Positions 8,743 to 15,922 of a stretch of DNA of 20,000 nt are shown here, in pieces (the stretch's first letter is position 1; each line of letters starts with the position of its first letter). The translations under genes and the position numbers were made by a program. This stretch comes from an uncultured virus (IMG/VR IMGVR_UViG_3300050505_000328) (Duplodnaviria > Heunggongvirae > Uroviricota > Caudoviricetes). The stretch lies in IMG/VR virus record IMGVR_UViG_3300050505_000328. One strand, 5' to 3'. A model generated the notes under the pieces. It worked only from the letters and a program-made list of their open reading frames with translations. It did no database searches and was not told the DNA's origin.

Positions 8743-9203
8743 TGATCTTCGCCATCCTTCGTTGGCTCCGCTTCTGGCTCTGGTACAGGCCGCTCGCGCG
8801 CCTGCGACGCCAGAGTCTCTACGTCGACTGGAACCGCGGCGTCGACGACGCGCGCGGCACGCGCGAGGACCCGCTGCGCACGCTCGCTGAGCTGAACCGG
8901 CGCACGCGCGGGTTGGTCCTCCGCGGTGACCTCGTGGTCGAGCTCGACGGCGACTTCTCCGACGAGGACCTCGAGCTGAGCCTCACGACCGCGCGAGGTT
9001 CCATGCTGGTCGTGCGCGGCGGCAAGCCGATAGCTCGTCGCCTGTACATGACGAACGTGAAGACGTTCATGCGCCGGTACTTCAAGGGCGCCGTCTCGGC
9101 GCGCGACTACCCGAACCCGCCAGGTGCGGTGGGTGGCGTGCAAGTAGATGCGACGGTCGAGCGCGCCCGGTTCGAGGCGCTGAGGTTCGGGAGGAAAAAA
9201 TGA
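8742..9203 (+). CDS. Hypothetical protein with a DUF1565-like N-terminal motif
   Basis: TGATG overlap. YVDWNRGVDDARGTREDPLRTL resembles the YV...G.D...GT...P..TI cap motif of parallel beta-helix proteins. Confidence 0.6.
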   Translation: MIFAILRWLRFWLWYRPLARLRRQSLYVDWNRGVDDARGTREDPLRTLAELNRRTRGLVLRGDLVVELDGDFSDEDLELSLTTARGSMLVVRGGKPIARRLYMTNVKTFMRRYFKGAVSARDYPNPPGAVGGVQVDATVERARFEALRFGRKK

Positions 9204-10090
9204 GCTACTGCGACCACAGCGGTTGCCTGAACCGACCGTGCATGGTCTGCACGTGCCGGCGGTGCGACAGCGAACCCGAGAACGAGAAATTTTGGTCCTG
9301 CGCCGACCACGAGGATTCTGTCGCCGAAAGGCACCTACGCATCCGCGACCGAGCCGCAGAATTCAGGAGACTGCCCATGAACAAAGACAAGAACGCCTAC
9401 CGCACACCAGCCGACGAGCCCGAGCCCGAGTGGAAAGAGCTGACGACCTTCGAGGTCGAGGTCTCGAGCCTGGGCCAGAGCGACGGCGTCAAGATGTACG
9501 GACGAGTCAAGAGCATCACCAACTTCGAGCATTCCGTCGGCACGCACGACGAGAGAGCCAAGGCGACGCTGCGCCTCGGCCAGCGCGTGCGCGTGATCCT
9601 GCAGGTGCTGGCCGCGCTCGCCCTCGCGGGCTGCTCCAGCTCGAGTAAGAACGACGAACTGTTTGGGACAGGAGGAACGTATGGCGAAGCATCTGTGGGA
9701 GGCTCTGGAGGCGCTGCTGGTGCGGCTGGTGCTGGCACCGGCGGAGTGGCTGGTGCAGGCGCTGCAGGAGCTCCTGCGGGCGGCGGAGGGGCTGGGGTGG
9801 ACGCTGGCCCGGCCTGCACCGTGATCCAGGTCGTGGGCTCCGTCTACGCGAACAACTGCGGGACGCCGACACCGCTCAACGGCGTGGCCGGTGCCTGCGA
9901 CGGCGAGACCGACTGCACGTACGACTTCGCGTTCGCGGTCGACCCCGGCTTCGACCCCAAGCCCGGCTGCCCCAAGGACCTCACGGTGACGTACCTGTGC
10001 GTCGACGGGCTGGGCGAGACGCGCGGGAGCAAGAGCGCGTACACGCCGCCCGACGCGGCGACGACCAAGCTCGAGTGCGGGTGCTACTGA
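9200..10090 (+). CDS. Composite ORF: Cys-rich N-terminus, internal lipobox, Gly/Ala linker, C-terminal SUEL/Gal-lectin-like domain
   Basis: Internal VILQVLAALALAGC-SSSS; Gly/Ala-rich linker; I.V..S.Y..NC...V...CDG...C...DPKPGCPKDLTVTYLC. Alternative starts at ATG 9377 (AGGAG upstream) and GTG 9587. Confidence 0.65.
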   Translation: MSYCDHSGCLNRPCMVCTCRRCDSEPENEKFWSCADHEDSVAERHLRIRDRAAEFRRLPMNKDKNAYRTPADEPEPEWKELTTFEVEVSSLGQSDGVKMYGRVKSITNFEHSVGTHDERAKATLRLGQRVRVILQVLAALALAGCSSSSKNDELFGTGGTYGEASVGGSGGAAGAAGAGTGGVAGAGAAGAPAGGGGAGVDAGPACTVIQVVGSVYANNCGTPTPLNGVAGACDGETDCTYDFAFAVDPGFDPKPGCPKDLTVTYLCVDGLGETRGSKSAYTPPDAATTKLECGCY

Positions 10091-10329
10091 TGGCCAGCGA
10101 GGAAGTCGTCCCCGGCATCGCCGCGCTCAGGTGCTGGCTCGACGACAAGAAGATCAGCAAGCACCGCTTCGCGCTCGACATCGGCCAGGACCCGAGCGAG
10201 TTCGGCAAGCTCCTGAAGAAGGACGCCGCGCGCGTGTCGGTGGAGCTCGCGTTCAAGATCGAGCGCGCCACGGGCGGCGCGGTCCGAGCAGAGATGTTCG
10301 TGCCGGTGGAGAAAGTGAGCACAACATGA
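10090..10329 (+). CDS. Cro/YdaS-like helix-turn-helix regulator
   Basis: TGATG overlap. ISKHRFALDIGQDPSEFGKLL (HTH) followed by LAFKIERATGGAV. Confidence 0.8.
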   Translation: MASEEVVPGIAALRCWLDDKKISKHRFALDIGQDPSEFGKLLKKDAARVSVELAFKIERATGGAVRAEMFVPVEKVSTT

Positions 10330-10700
10330 GAGACCAATTCGTGAAGCTGGGCGACGCCGAGGTGCGGTTCGCCAAGGTCGTCGCGGTCGTCGCCGTCCCG
10401 GGCAGGGAGACGTCGGACGTCTACTTCGAGGGTGGCGACGCGCGCGTGGAGCTCTTGCCGGACGAAGTCTTCGCCAAGCTCGACGCGGCCGAGAAGCGCT
10501 ACCGACAGGAGCGCGTGATCCTCGACTTCGCATGCCGCGCTGAAACGGCGCGAGCGGAGCTCAGCGAGATTCACGCGAGTCGCGACTACGACCCCCTCCA
10601 TGGACTACTTGTGGCAGCCGAACGGGACCTCTCCCGCGCCGTGCGCGAGTACATGGGCTACGCAACCGAGCCGGCTAACGCGCCGAAGGGGGATCCATGA
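10326..10700 (+). CDS. Hypothetical protein
   Basis: ATGA overlaps at both ends; trimmed from ORF 10131..10700. Confidence 0.75.
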   Translation: MRDQFVKLGDAEVRFAKVVAVVAVPGRETSDVYFEGGDARVELLPDEVFAKLDAAEKRYRQERVILDFACRAETARAELSEIHASRDYDPLHGLLVAAERDLSRAVREYMGYATEPANAPKGDP

Positions 10701-10972
10701 ACTACCGCCTGCTAGCAGCCGTGGCCCTCTCCGCCTGCGCCTCGAGCCAGCCGCCTGAGGCGTGCCCCAAGTGCTACTCGATCGACGAGGTCGCGCCGTA
10801 CGAGCCGCCGCGGCGCATGATCATCCTCTGCGACCAGCCGGACGCGGCCGCGCCCGAGCCGGCCCCCGTCGAGGACGAGGACGCGGGCGAGTGCGGCGCG
10901 AGGTGCGTGCCGCTCGTCGAGCGCGAGTACCCGCCCCCGAAGTCCGACGACCCGTTCGCGCGCGTGTTCTGA
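10697..10972 (+). CDS. Small lipoprotein
   Basis: Signal peptide and lipobox MNYRLLAAVALSA-C; Pro/Cys-rich mature part; AAGGGGG upstream. Confidence 0.7.
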   Translation: MNYRLLAAVALSACASSQPPEACPKCYSIDEVAPYEPPRRMIILCDQPDAAAPEPAPVEDEDAGECGARCVPLVEREYPPPKSDDPFARVF

Positions 10973-11410
10973 GCGACGAACCTATCCAGTGCTCAACGAC
11001 AATCCTGACACCGACCCTTCCCCGGCGACGTACCTGGTCGTTCCGGATCAACACGACGTACCTATCTGAATCCCAACCGTCCTAAGCGACGGACCGCACC
11101 CGAAACGAGCCTGGGCGACAATCCGGATCACGCCAATCCTTTGCGACGATCCGCGCACCGGCGCGACATTCCGAACCCAGCCATCGCTTCGCGACCTACC
11201 TGCCAGTACCAGACCCGCGCGACACTCCGGCCCACCTCACGCCGGATCTTTCCGACGCGACAAGCCCTGACTGACTTCGCCAACGCGACGTACCGTACCG
11301 GACTTGGCCAACGCGACAACCCATGCCCCATCGAGCCCCTCCTCTGCGACGTACTGGCCCAGCTCACACCGCAAGTCTGCGCGACTAACCCATCCAAAAC
11401 GCTTCTAACC
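10973..11410. repeat. Upstream degenerate array: RCGAC anchor plus 5-nt NN-NCC modules (putative guide-RNA array)
   Basis: 15 RCGAC anchors end at 10977, 11000, 11029, 11057, 11090, 11119, 11147, 11167, 11195, 11223, 11261, 11289, 11317, 11350, 11385. Spacings are 23, 29, 28, 33, 29, 28, 20, 28, 28, 38, 28, 28, 33, 35 (10 of 14 are 5n+3). Example unit: gtacc-gtacc-ggact-tggcc-aacgc-gac. Confidence 0.9.
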
Positions 11411-11431
11411 CCAAAAAGAAAAGAGCAGAGC

Positions 11432-12145
11432 ATGAGCAAACTAGACGAGAGATTCGACCCGCGACGCCTGTACGACATCTACCGCGTCACGATCGCCGTA
11501 CGCGACCGCGTGTGCGGCGGCATGCCCAAGAACAAGGAGCTCATCAAGACGTGGGTCGAGTCGACGACCGGCTACGCCGACGAGAAGAGCGAGAAGCTCA
11601 CGCAGGAGAACGCCGAGCTCGTCGTGAACGAGGTCGCCGAGAAGTCGTGGATAGGCTTCCCCGAGGACAAGCAGGGCCTGTTCATCCCCGCGCGCAACGT
11701 CAAGGCCATGCTCAAGCAGTCGGCGTCCCTCCTCGGCGTCACCAAGAAGAAGCTCGGCAGCAAGCAGATCCTCGCCGAGGGCATGGAGGTGAAGGCGGTC
11801 AACGGCCACGACCGGATCTACCTCGGCAAGAAGACGATCGACGGGACGGACGAGAGCGCGATCCACGTCATGACCGCGCAGGGCCCGCGCACCGCGCTCC
11901 GGCGCATGGACTACGTGACGAAGCCGACGCTCACGTTCGAGATCTGGGTCCTCGGCACGGCCGCGCTGGAGAAGCGGCACGTCGGCGAGGCGGAGCTCGT
12001 CGAGATCCTCACGCACGCGCAGGAGAACGGTTGCGGCGCGTCCCGCTCGCAGGGCGAGGGCAAGTTCGACGTGGTCGAGTTCGAGAAGATCAGCACGGGC
12101 AAGGGCATCGCGACCGAGCCCGCGGCGAAGAAGGAGAAGGCGTAG
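11432..12145 (+). CDS. Stand-alone Cas7/Csm3-like RAMP protein (candidate Vipr-like effector), 237 aa
   Basis: N-terminal strand YRVTIAVRDRVCGG; LFIPARNVKAMLKQ (compare IPGSSLKGxxR); DYV..P.LTFEI; C-terminal Gly loop GCGASRSQGEGKFDV. ATG 11432 follows a purine-rich leader. Confidence 0.85.
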   Translation: MSKLDERFDPRRLYDIYRVTIAVRDRVCGGMPKNKELIKTWVESTTGYADEKSEKLTQENAELVVNEVAEKSWIGFPEDKQGLFIPARNVKAMLKQSASLLGVTKKKLGSKQILAEGMEVKAVNGHDRIYLGKKTIDGTDESAIHVMTAQGPRTALRRMDYVTKPTLTFEIWVLGTAALEKRHVGEAELVEILTHAQENGCGASRSQGEGKFDVVEFEKISTGKGIATEPAAKKEKA

Positions 12146-12537
12146 CGACGAACCAGGACAATCCCAGCCAATCCGTGCGACGTGCCATGTCGTTCCGCAC
12201 CCAACCACGCGACATGCCCCCACATGCCCGCCCAAGCCACGCCCTAGCCGACGCGACAATCCCAGACATTCCGAACCACGTCCTCGTCGACACGACAATC
12301 CCAGCCAACTCGTGCGACGTGCCTTTCAGCTCCAACCCGTGACCGCAGCGACGACACTGGCCACTGCTGCGCGCCGCGACTGACCTTACCATGCCGCCCC
12401 ATCGCGACAGACCCCGCCATGCCAAGATCCCGAACGCCCCATCGCGACGATCCGCACCCAAACTTCGCGACGTACCTTGCCACAACTATTCTCAGCGACA
12501 AGCCGGTACCGGCCGAGCCGAGCCAACGCGACCAACC
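12145..12537. repeat. Downstream degenerate array: RCGAC anchor plus 5-nt NN-NCC modules (putative guide-RNA array)
   Basis: 13 RCGAC anchors end at 12149, 12181, 12213, 12257, 12296, 12318, 12352, 12380, 12408, 12448, 12471, 12499, 12532. Spacings are 32, 32, 44, 39, 22, 34, 28, 28, 40, 23, 28, 33. Example unit: tgacc-ttacc-atgcc-gcccc-atcgc-gac. Confidence 0.9.
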
Positions 12538-12550
12538 AAGGAGACGACCG

Positions 12551-12940
12551 ATGGAAGAGACCGACGAGGACATGATCAAGGAGTGGGTGGCCGCCTGCGC
12601 CATCCACCTAGCCGACACGATCGAGCAACTGATCGTCGTGTCGTACGCGCACATCGAGGCGCTGCCCGAGGACGAGCAGGCGGAGTTCAAGCGCAGGCTC
12701 CTGAACGCGCTCGAGTGCAGGGTCCTCGACCTGGCGTCGCGCGTCACCGTGGCGATGCTCGCCGAGAACGGCGAAACGATCGGGGACGTGATCGGTCACT
12801 TCACCGACCACGCCGTGGCGGCCCACAACTTCCAGCTCCGCGAGATGAACCCGCTCAACCGGATCCTCAACTCGGTGTTCGAGCACGTCGAGCGCGTGGC
12901 CACGGACCGGGCCGCGAAGCGCCACAGCGAGGGGAACTGA
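12551..12940 (+). CDS. Helical hypothetical protein
   Basis: AAGGAG at 12538-12543 before ATG 12551; trimmed from ORF 12419..12940. Confidence 0.8.
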   Translation: MEETDEDMIKEWVAACAIHLADTIEQLIVVSYAHIEALPEDEQAEFKRRLLNALECRVLDLASRVTVAMLAENGETIGDVIGHFTDHAVAAHNFQLREMNPLNRILNSVFEHVERVATDRAAKRHSEGN

Positions 12941-12942
12941 CA

Positions 12943-13500
12943 ATGGCATTGCCCGAAAGAATCCAGACCGAGCAGGACGTCGAGGACGTCTACGAGCACT
13001 TCGAGGTCGAGGCGAACCGCTACGTGCAGATGCGCCTGGCTCGAGACGAGCTCAACGACTTTCAAGGAAGATTCTTCATCAGTCCTGGTGACCTGCGATT
13101 CGCCTCCGACGACGAGGTCCGCGAGCTCAAGCGGTACCTGAACGACGGTGATCGAGACATCTGGTTCGCGCGTGGAGCTCTAAACCAGGTCCAGAGCCTG
13201 GCGAAGATCGTCGGGCTGACGCGAGACAGTCTGGACCCGATCAAAAAGAGCCTCGTCATCAATGAGCACATCCGCTGCTCGCTGAGCGACCTCGTCCTCT
13301 CGCTGCGAATGTTCAAGCCTGCGGTCGAGGCCCTGACTCTGTGGCGCCGCAACCACAACGTGCTCGCGAAGGTGTTCGAGATCCACACCATGCAGTGGCT
13401 GCACGAGCCGAACGAGCAACTCGACGGGCAGAAACCGGAAGAGCTGCTGAACGACGACGCCGGACTGACTCGCCTCGAGTCCCTGCTGGGGATCCGATGA
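12943..13500 (+). CDS. Protein with C-terminal Xre/MbcA/ParS (DUF2384-type) antitoxin domain
   Basis: C-terminus VLAKVFE...QWLHEPNEQLDGQKPEELLNDDAGLTRLESLLG matches W-L-x-x-P-N-x-x-L-x-G-x-x-P-x-x-L-L...G; GAGGGG RBS. Confidence 0.7.
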   Translation: MALPERIQTEQDVEDVYEHFEVEANRYVQMRLARDELNDFQGRFFISPGDLRFASDDEVRELKRYLNDGDRDIWFARGALNQVQSLAKIVGLTRDSLDPIKKSLVINEHIRCSLSDLVLSLRMFKPAVEALTLWRRNHNVLAKVFEIHTMQWLHEPNEQLDGQKPEELLNDDAGLTRLESLLGIR

Positions 13501-13676
13501 TCCCCTGGAACGACATGGACGAGCGCGAGCGCGCGGTCTGGAGCGCGGCCTACGGAGCCGCGTTCATGACGTACCAATACGAGAGGGAAGAAGCTCAGTT
13601 GGAAGACTCGGTCGAGATGGCCGACCGAGCCGTGCACGCGCTGCGCGAGGCGACGAAGAAGGATCCGTATCGATGA
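13497..13676 (+). CDS. Small hypothetical protein
   Basis: ATGA overlaps at both ends. Confidence 0.65.
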   Translation: MIPWNDMDERERAVWSAAYGAAFMTYQYEREEAQLEDSVEMADRAVHALREATKKDPYR

Positions 13677-13876
13677 ACGACGAAGCACTAGAGAAGGACT
13701 GGACCGTCGGTGAGGACGGGCGGTTCAACAGCTCGGCCGAGTTCGAGCGCCTGGTCGGCGTCGTGGAGCAGCTACTGCGCGACCATCGCCTCGGTGACAG
13801 CGTCCGGATGCGAGCCGGGCTCATCATCGCGCAGCTCACGCACGAGCACGGGCTGGTGCCGAGGAGTTCGAAGTGA
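13673..13876 (+). CDS. Small hypothetical protein
   Basis: ATGA overlap; AAGGA upstream. Confidence 0.7.
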   Translation: MNDEALEKDWTVGEDGRFNSSAEFERLVGVVEQLLRDHRLGDSVRMRAGLIIAQLTHEHGLVPRSSK

Positions 13877-14304
13877 GACCCCTGCTCGTCGGCGAGGCGA
13901 ACCCGTACCAGTCCGACCCGCGCCTCGCGCAGCGCTACGCGCTCTACCCGAACCCGCCGCGCTGCGCCGGCTGGAATCTCTGCCACACGATCATGCAGCT
14001 CGACGAGGGCGAGTACCTGCGACGTTTCGACCGCGTGAACCTGTGCGACGGGAAGTGGGCGATGAAGGCCGCACGAGAGCGAGCGTCGGCGTACCGAGTC
14101 GCTGACCTGCCGGAGCGGATCATCCTGTTCGGCGCGAAGGTCTGCAAAGCGTTCGACTTCGAGTACAGGCCGTTCACGCGGCCCAGCCACCGGTACGACC
14201 GCTACGTCATCCTCCCCCACCCGTCCGGGCTCTCGCGCGCGTGGAACGAGCCGGGCGCGCACGAGCGGGCGCGGGCGGTGCTGAAGGAAGCGGGGGTGTT
14301 GTGA
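13873..14304 (+). CDS. Uracil-DNA glycosylase superfamily protein (minimal)
   Basis: Motif A-like LLVGEANP, central VNLC, IILFGAKV, motif B LPHPSG; GAGGAG RBS; GTGA overlap. Confidence 0.8.
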   Translation: MRPLLVGEANPYQSDPRLAQRYALYPNPPRCAGWNLCHTIMQLDEGEYLRRFDRVNLCDGKWAMKAARERASAYRVADLPERIILFGAKVCKAFDFEYRPFTRPSHRYDRYVILPHPSGLSRAWNEPGAHERARAVLKEAGVL

Positions 14305-14507
14305 AAAGAAAAGGCAAGCGCCCACGACTCCGCATCGGCTACCGCACGCTCGCGAAGATCAAAGCCGCGCTCCGTGCCGCCGAACTGCGTGACTGCGGTG
14401 TCGAAGACGAGCACCAGCACGCGATGAAGATCTACCTCGACACGTGGGTCGTGCGTCGACTTCAAACAGCGATACGCGAGATCGAAGGCAAGGAGACCGC
14501 TTCATGA
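14301..14507 (+). CDS. Small basic hypothetical protein
   Basis: GTGA and ATGA overlaps at its ends. Confidence 0.65.
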   Translation: MKRKGKRPRLRIGYRTLAKIKAALRAAELRDCGVEDEHQHAMKIYLDTWVVRRLQTAIREIEGKETAS

Positions 14508-14728
14508 ACCGACAAGAACTCGTCGACTGGGTGGCGTGGCAGATCCAGAAGTCCAAGAACGTGCGCCGAGACACGCTCGACGCGCTCTCGTCCCTTGAAT
14601 TCGGCACCGGACCCGCCGCACGAGCCGCGAGGCGCGTCCCCGACGGGGGTCCCGCTTTTCAGAAGTTCCTGCGCGACGTCGAAGCTCGAGTGAAAGAGAT
14701 CAACTACGACCGCAAGGGTTGGTGGTGA
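14504..14728 (+). CDS. Small hypothetical protein
   Basis: AAGGAG RBS; ATGA overlap. Confidence 0.7.
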   Translation: MNRQELVDWVAWQIQKSKNVRRDTLDALSSLEFGTGPAARAARRVPDGGPAFQKFLRDVEARVKEINYDRKGWW

Positions 14729-15150
14729 TGCCTTGGCAAGCGCAGCTCTATATCGGCGTACCCGTGCGCAACTACGCCGAGATCCGCGAGGTGCTCAAGC
14801 AACTCAAGGTGAAGATACCGAAGATGTCCGACGAGGACCTGCTCTACGAGCAGCCCGGCCTCGAGACGCACGTGAAGTACAAGAACAAGCTTTTCAAGAT
14901 CGATGTTCACCCGATGCACGAGGACGAGGGCGGCTCGACGTTTCCGGTCGCACCCGATGAAGACTGTCCGAACGCGATCGTCGGCTTTCCTCTGACTGAC
15001 CGCTACCGGGGCGCGATCCTCGACGCGCACATCCCGCGCGGGCGCCCCGAGCCCTTCGTGTTCGACCCGCTCGAGTGCCAGGCACTCTTGAAGCAGGTGC
15101 GCGCGTGGTGGCCCGAAGCGAGACTCATGATCTGGGAGCAGTTCTATTGA
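14728..15150 (+). CDS. Hypothetical protein
   Basis: TGATG overlap; coding-like codon usage. Confidence 0.75.
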   Translation: MPWQAQLYIGVPVRNYAEIREVLKQLKVKIPKMSDEDLLYEQPGLETHVKYKNKLFKIDVHPMHEDEGGSTFPVAPDEDCPNAIVGFPLTDRYRGAILDAHIPRGRPEPFVFDPLECQALLKQVRAWWPEARLMIWEQFY

Positions 15151-15263
15151 CAACACGATCGAAGCAAGTGCGCGTGACCGGCGTCCGCCTCGACGAGCTC
15201 GAATTCGCGCCGTTCGAGCACGACCCGAAGCTCGGGGAGAAGTTCAAGAGGAGGCGCAGGTGA
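15147..15263 (+). CDS. Very small hypothetical protein
   Basis: TTG in a TTGA overlap after GGGAG; fills the gap and ends in a GTGA overlap. Confidence 0.45.
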   Translation: MTTRSKQVRVTGVRLDELEFAPFEHDPKLGEKFKRRRR

Positions 15264-15460
15264 CCGACAAGACCGTCGACTGGGGCAAGGTCGAGAACCG
15301 CATGCGGCGCTCTATCCGCGGGACGCTCATCGACCAAGACGCCGCGGAGAAGCTCTTCTACCGGGCGCTCGCCGAGGACCCGAAGCGGTACCGGGCATTG
15401 CACGCCCAACTGAAGCAGGAGGCGGCGACCGAGATGAACCCGCTGGCGAAAAAACCATGA
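15260..15460 (+). CDS. Small hypothetical protein
   Basis: AGGAGG RBS; GTGA and ATGA overlaps. Confidence 0.75.
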   Translation: MTDKTVDWGKVENRMRRSIRGTLIDQDAAEKLFYRALAEDPKRYRALHAQLKQEAATEMNPLAKKP

Positions 15461-15660
15461 ACCGCATCGAGCAGCTCGCCGTCCTGGCCGTCTTGAAGAA
15501 CATCGTCAGCGTGGTCGAGCGACTGGGGCTCGTGCACGAGCACGTCACGAACTACCCGCCGGAAAAAGCTGGTCGAGCACCTGAAAGTGAAGTGAGAGAT
15601 GAAAGACGAAGAGCTGCGACAACACCTCGGAGACCTGCGCATCTACATCTCGTTGCATAA
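15457..15660 (+). CDS. Small hypothetical protein, possibly frameshifted
   Basis: ATGA overlap at the start. The 62-nt overlap with the next gene is atypical for this window. Confidence 0.45.
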   Translation: MNRIEQLAVLAVLKNIVSVVERLGLVHEHVTNYPPEKAGRAPESEVRDERRRAATTPRRPAHLHLVA

Positions 15661-15922
15661 AGCACCGAAGATGCTCGAGGCCCTCGACGCCGTACTTGAC
15701 CCGGAGAACGGCGTCATCGCCGCGAAGCAGGCCGGCTGGGTCCTCGCGCACGAGCGCGCGAACCTGCTCCAGACGGTCACGGCCGAGAACGAGCTCTTAA
15801 AGCTCCAGCTAGCGAGCGTGCCCTCGCGCATCCGAGAGATCTCCGCGGCGATCGTCAACAGCGGTCGCCCCGCGAGCGTGCTGGAAGTTGCTGAGCTCCT
15901 CGAAGTCGAGCTGAAGAAGTGA
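15599..15922 (+). CDS. Coiled-coil hypothetical protein
   Basis: Coding-like codon usage; GTGA overlap downstream. Confidence 0.7.
   Translation: MKDEELRQHLGDLRIYISLHKAPKMLEALDAVLDPENGVIAAKQAGWVLAHERANLLQTVTAENELLKLQLASVPSRIREISAAIVNSGRPASVLEVAELLEVELKK

Noticed and set aside
9660..9810. GGN-rich repetitive stretch as a possible third periodic array
   Set aside because: The period is 3 and in frame, encoding a Gly/Ala linker. It has no RCGAC anchors or 5-nt phase.
11141..11431. 97-aa N-terminal extension of the Cas7-like ORF
   Set aside because: It is a chance translation of the array (R/P/T-rich). The RAMP-like sequence and normal codon usage start at ATG 11432.
10973..12537. Canonical CRISPR array next to the Cas7-like gene
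   Set aside because: There is no constant 23-47 nt repeat alternating with unique spacers. Conservation is limited to a 5-nt anchor and a pentamer phase.
12391..12550. N-terminal extensions of ORFs 12391..13500 and 12419..12940
   Set aside because: They run through the downstream array. RBS-supported starts lie at 12551 and 12943.
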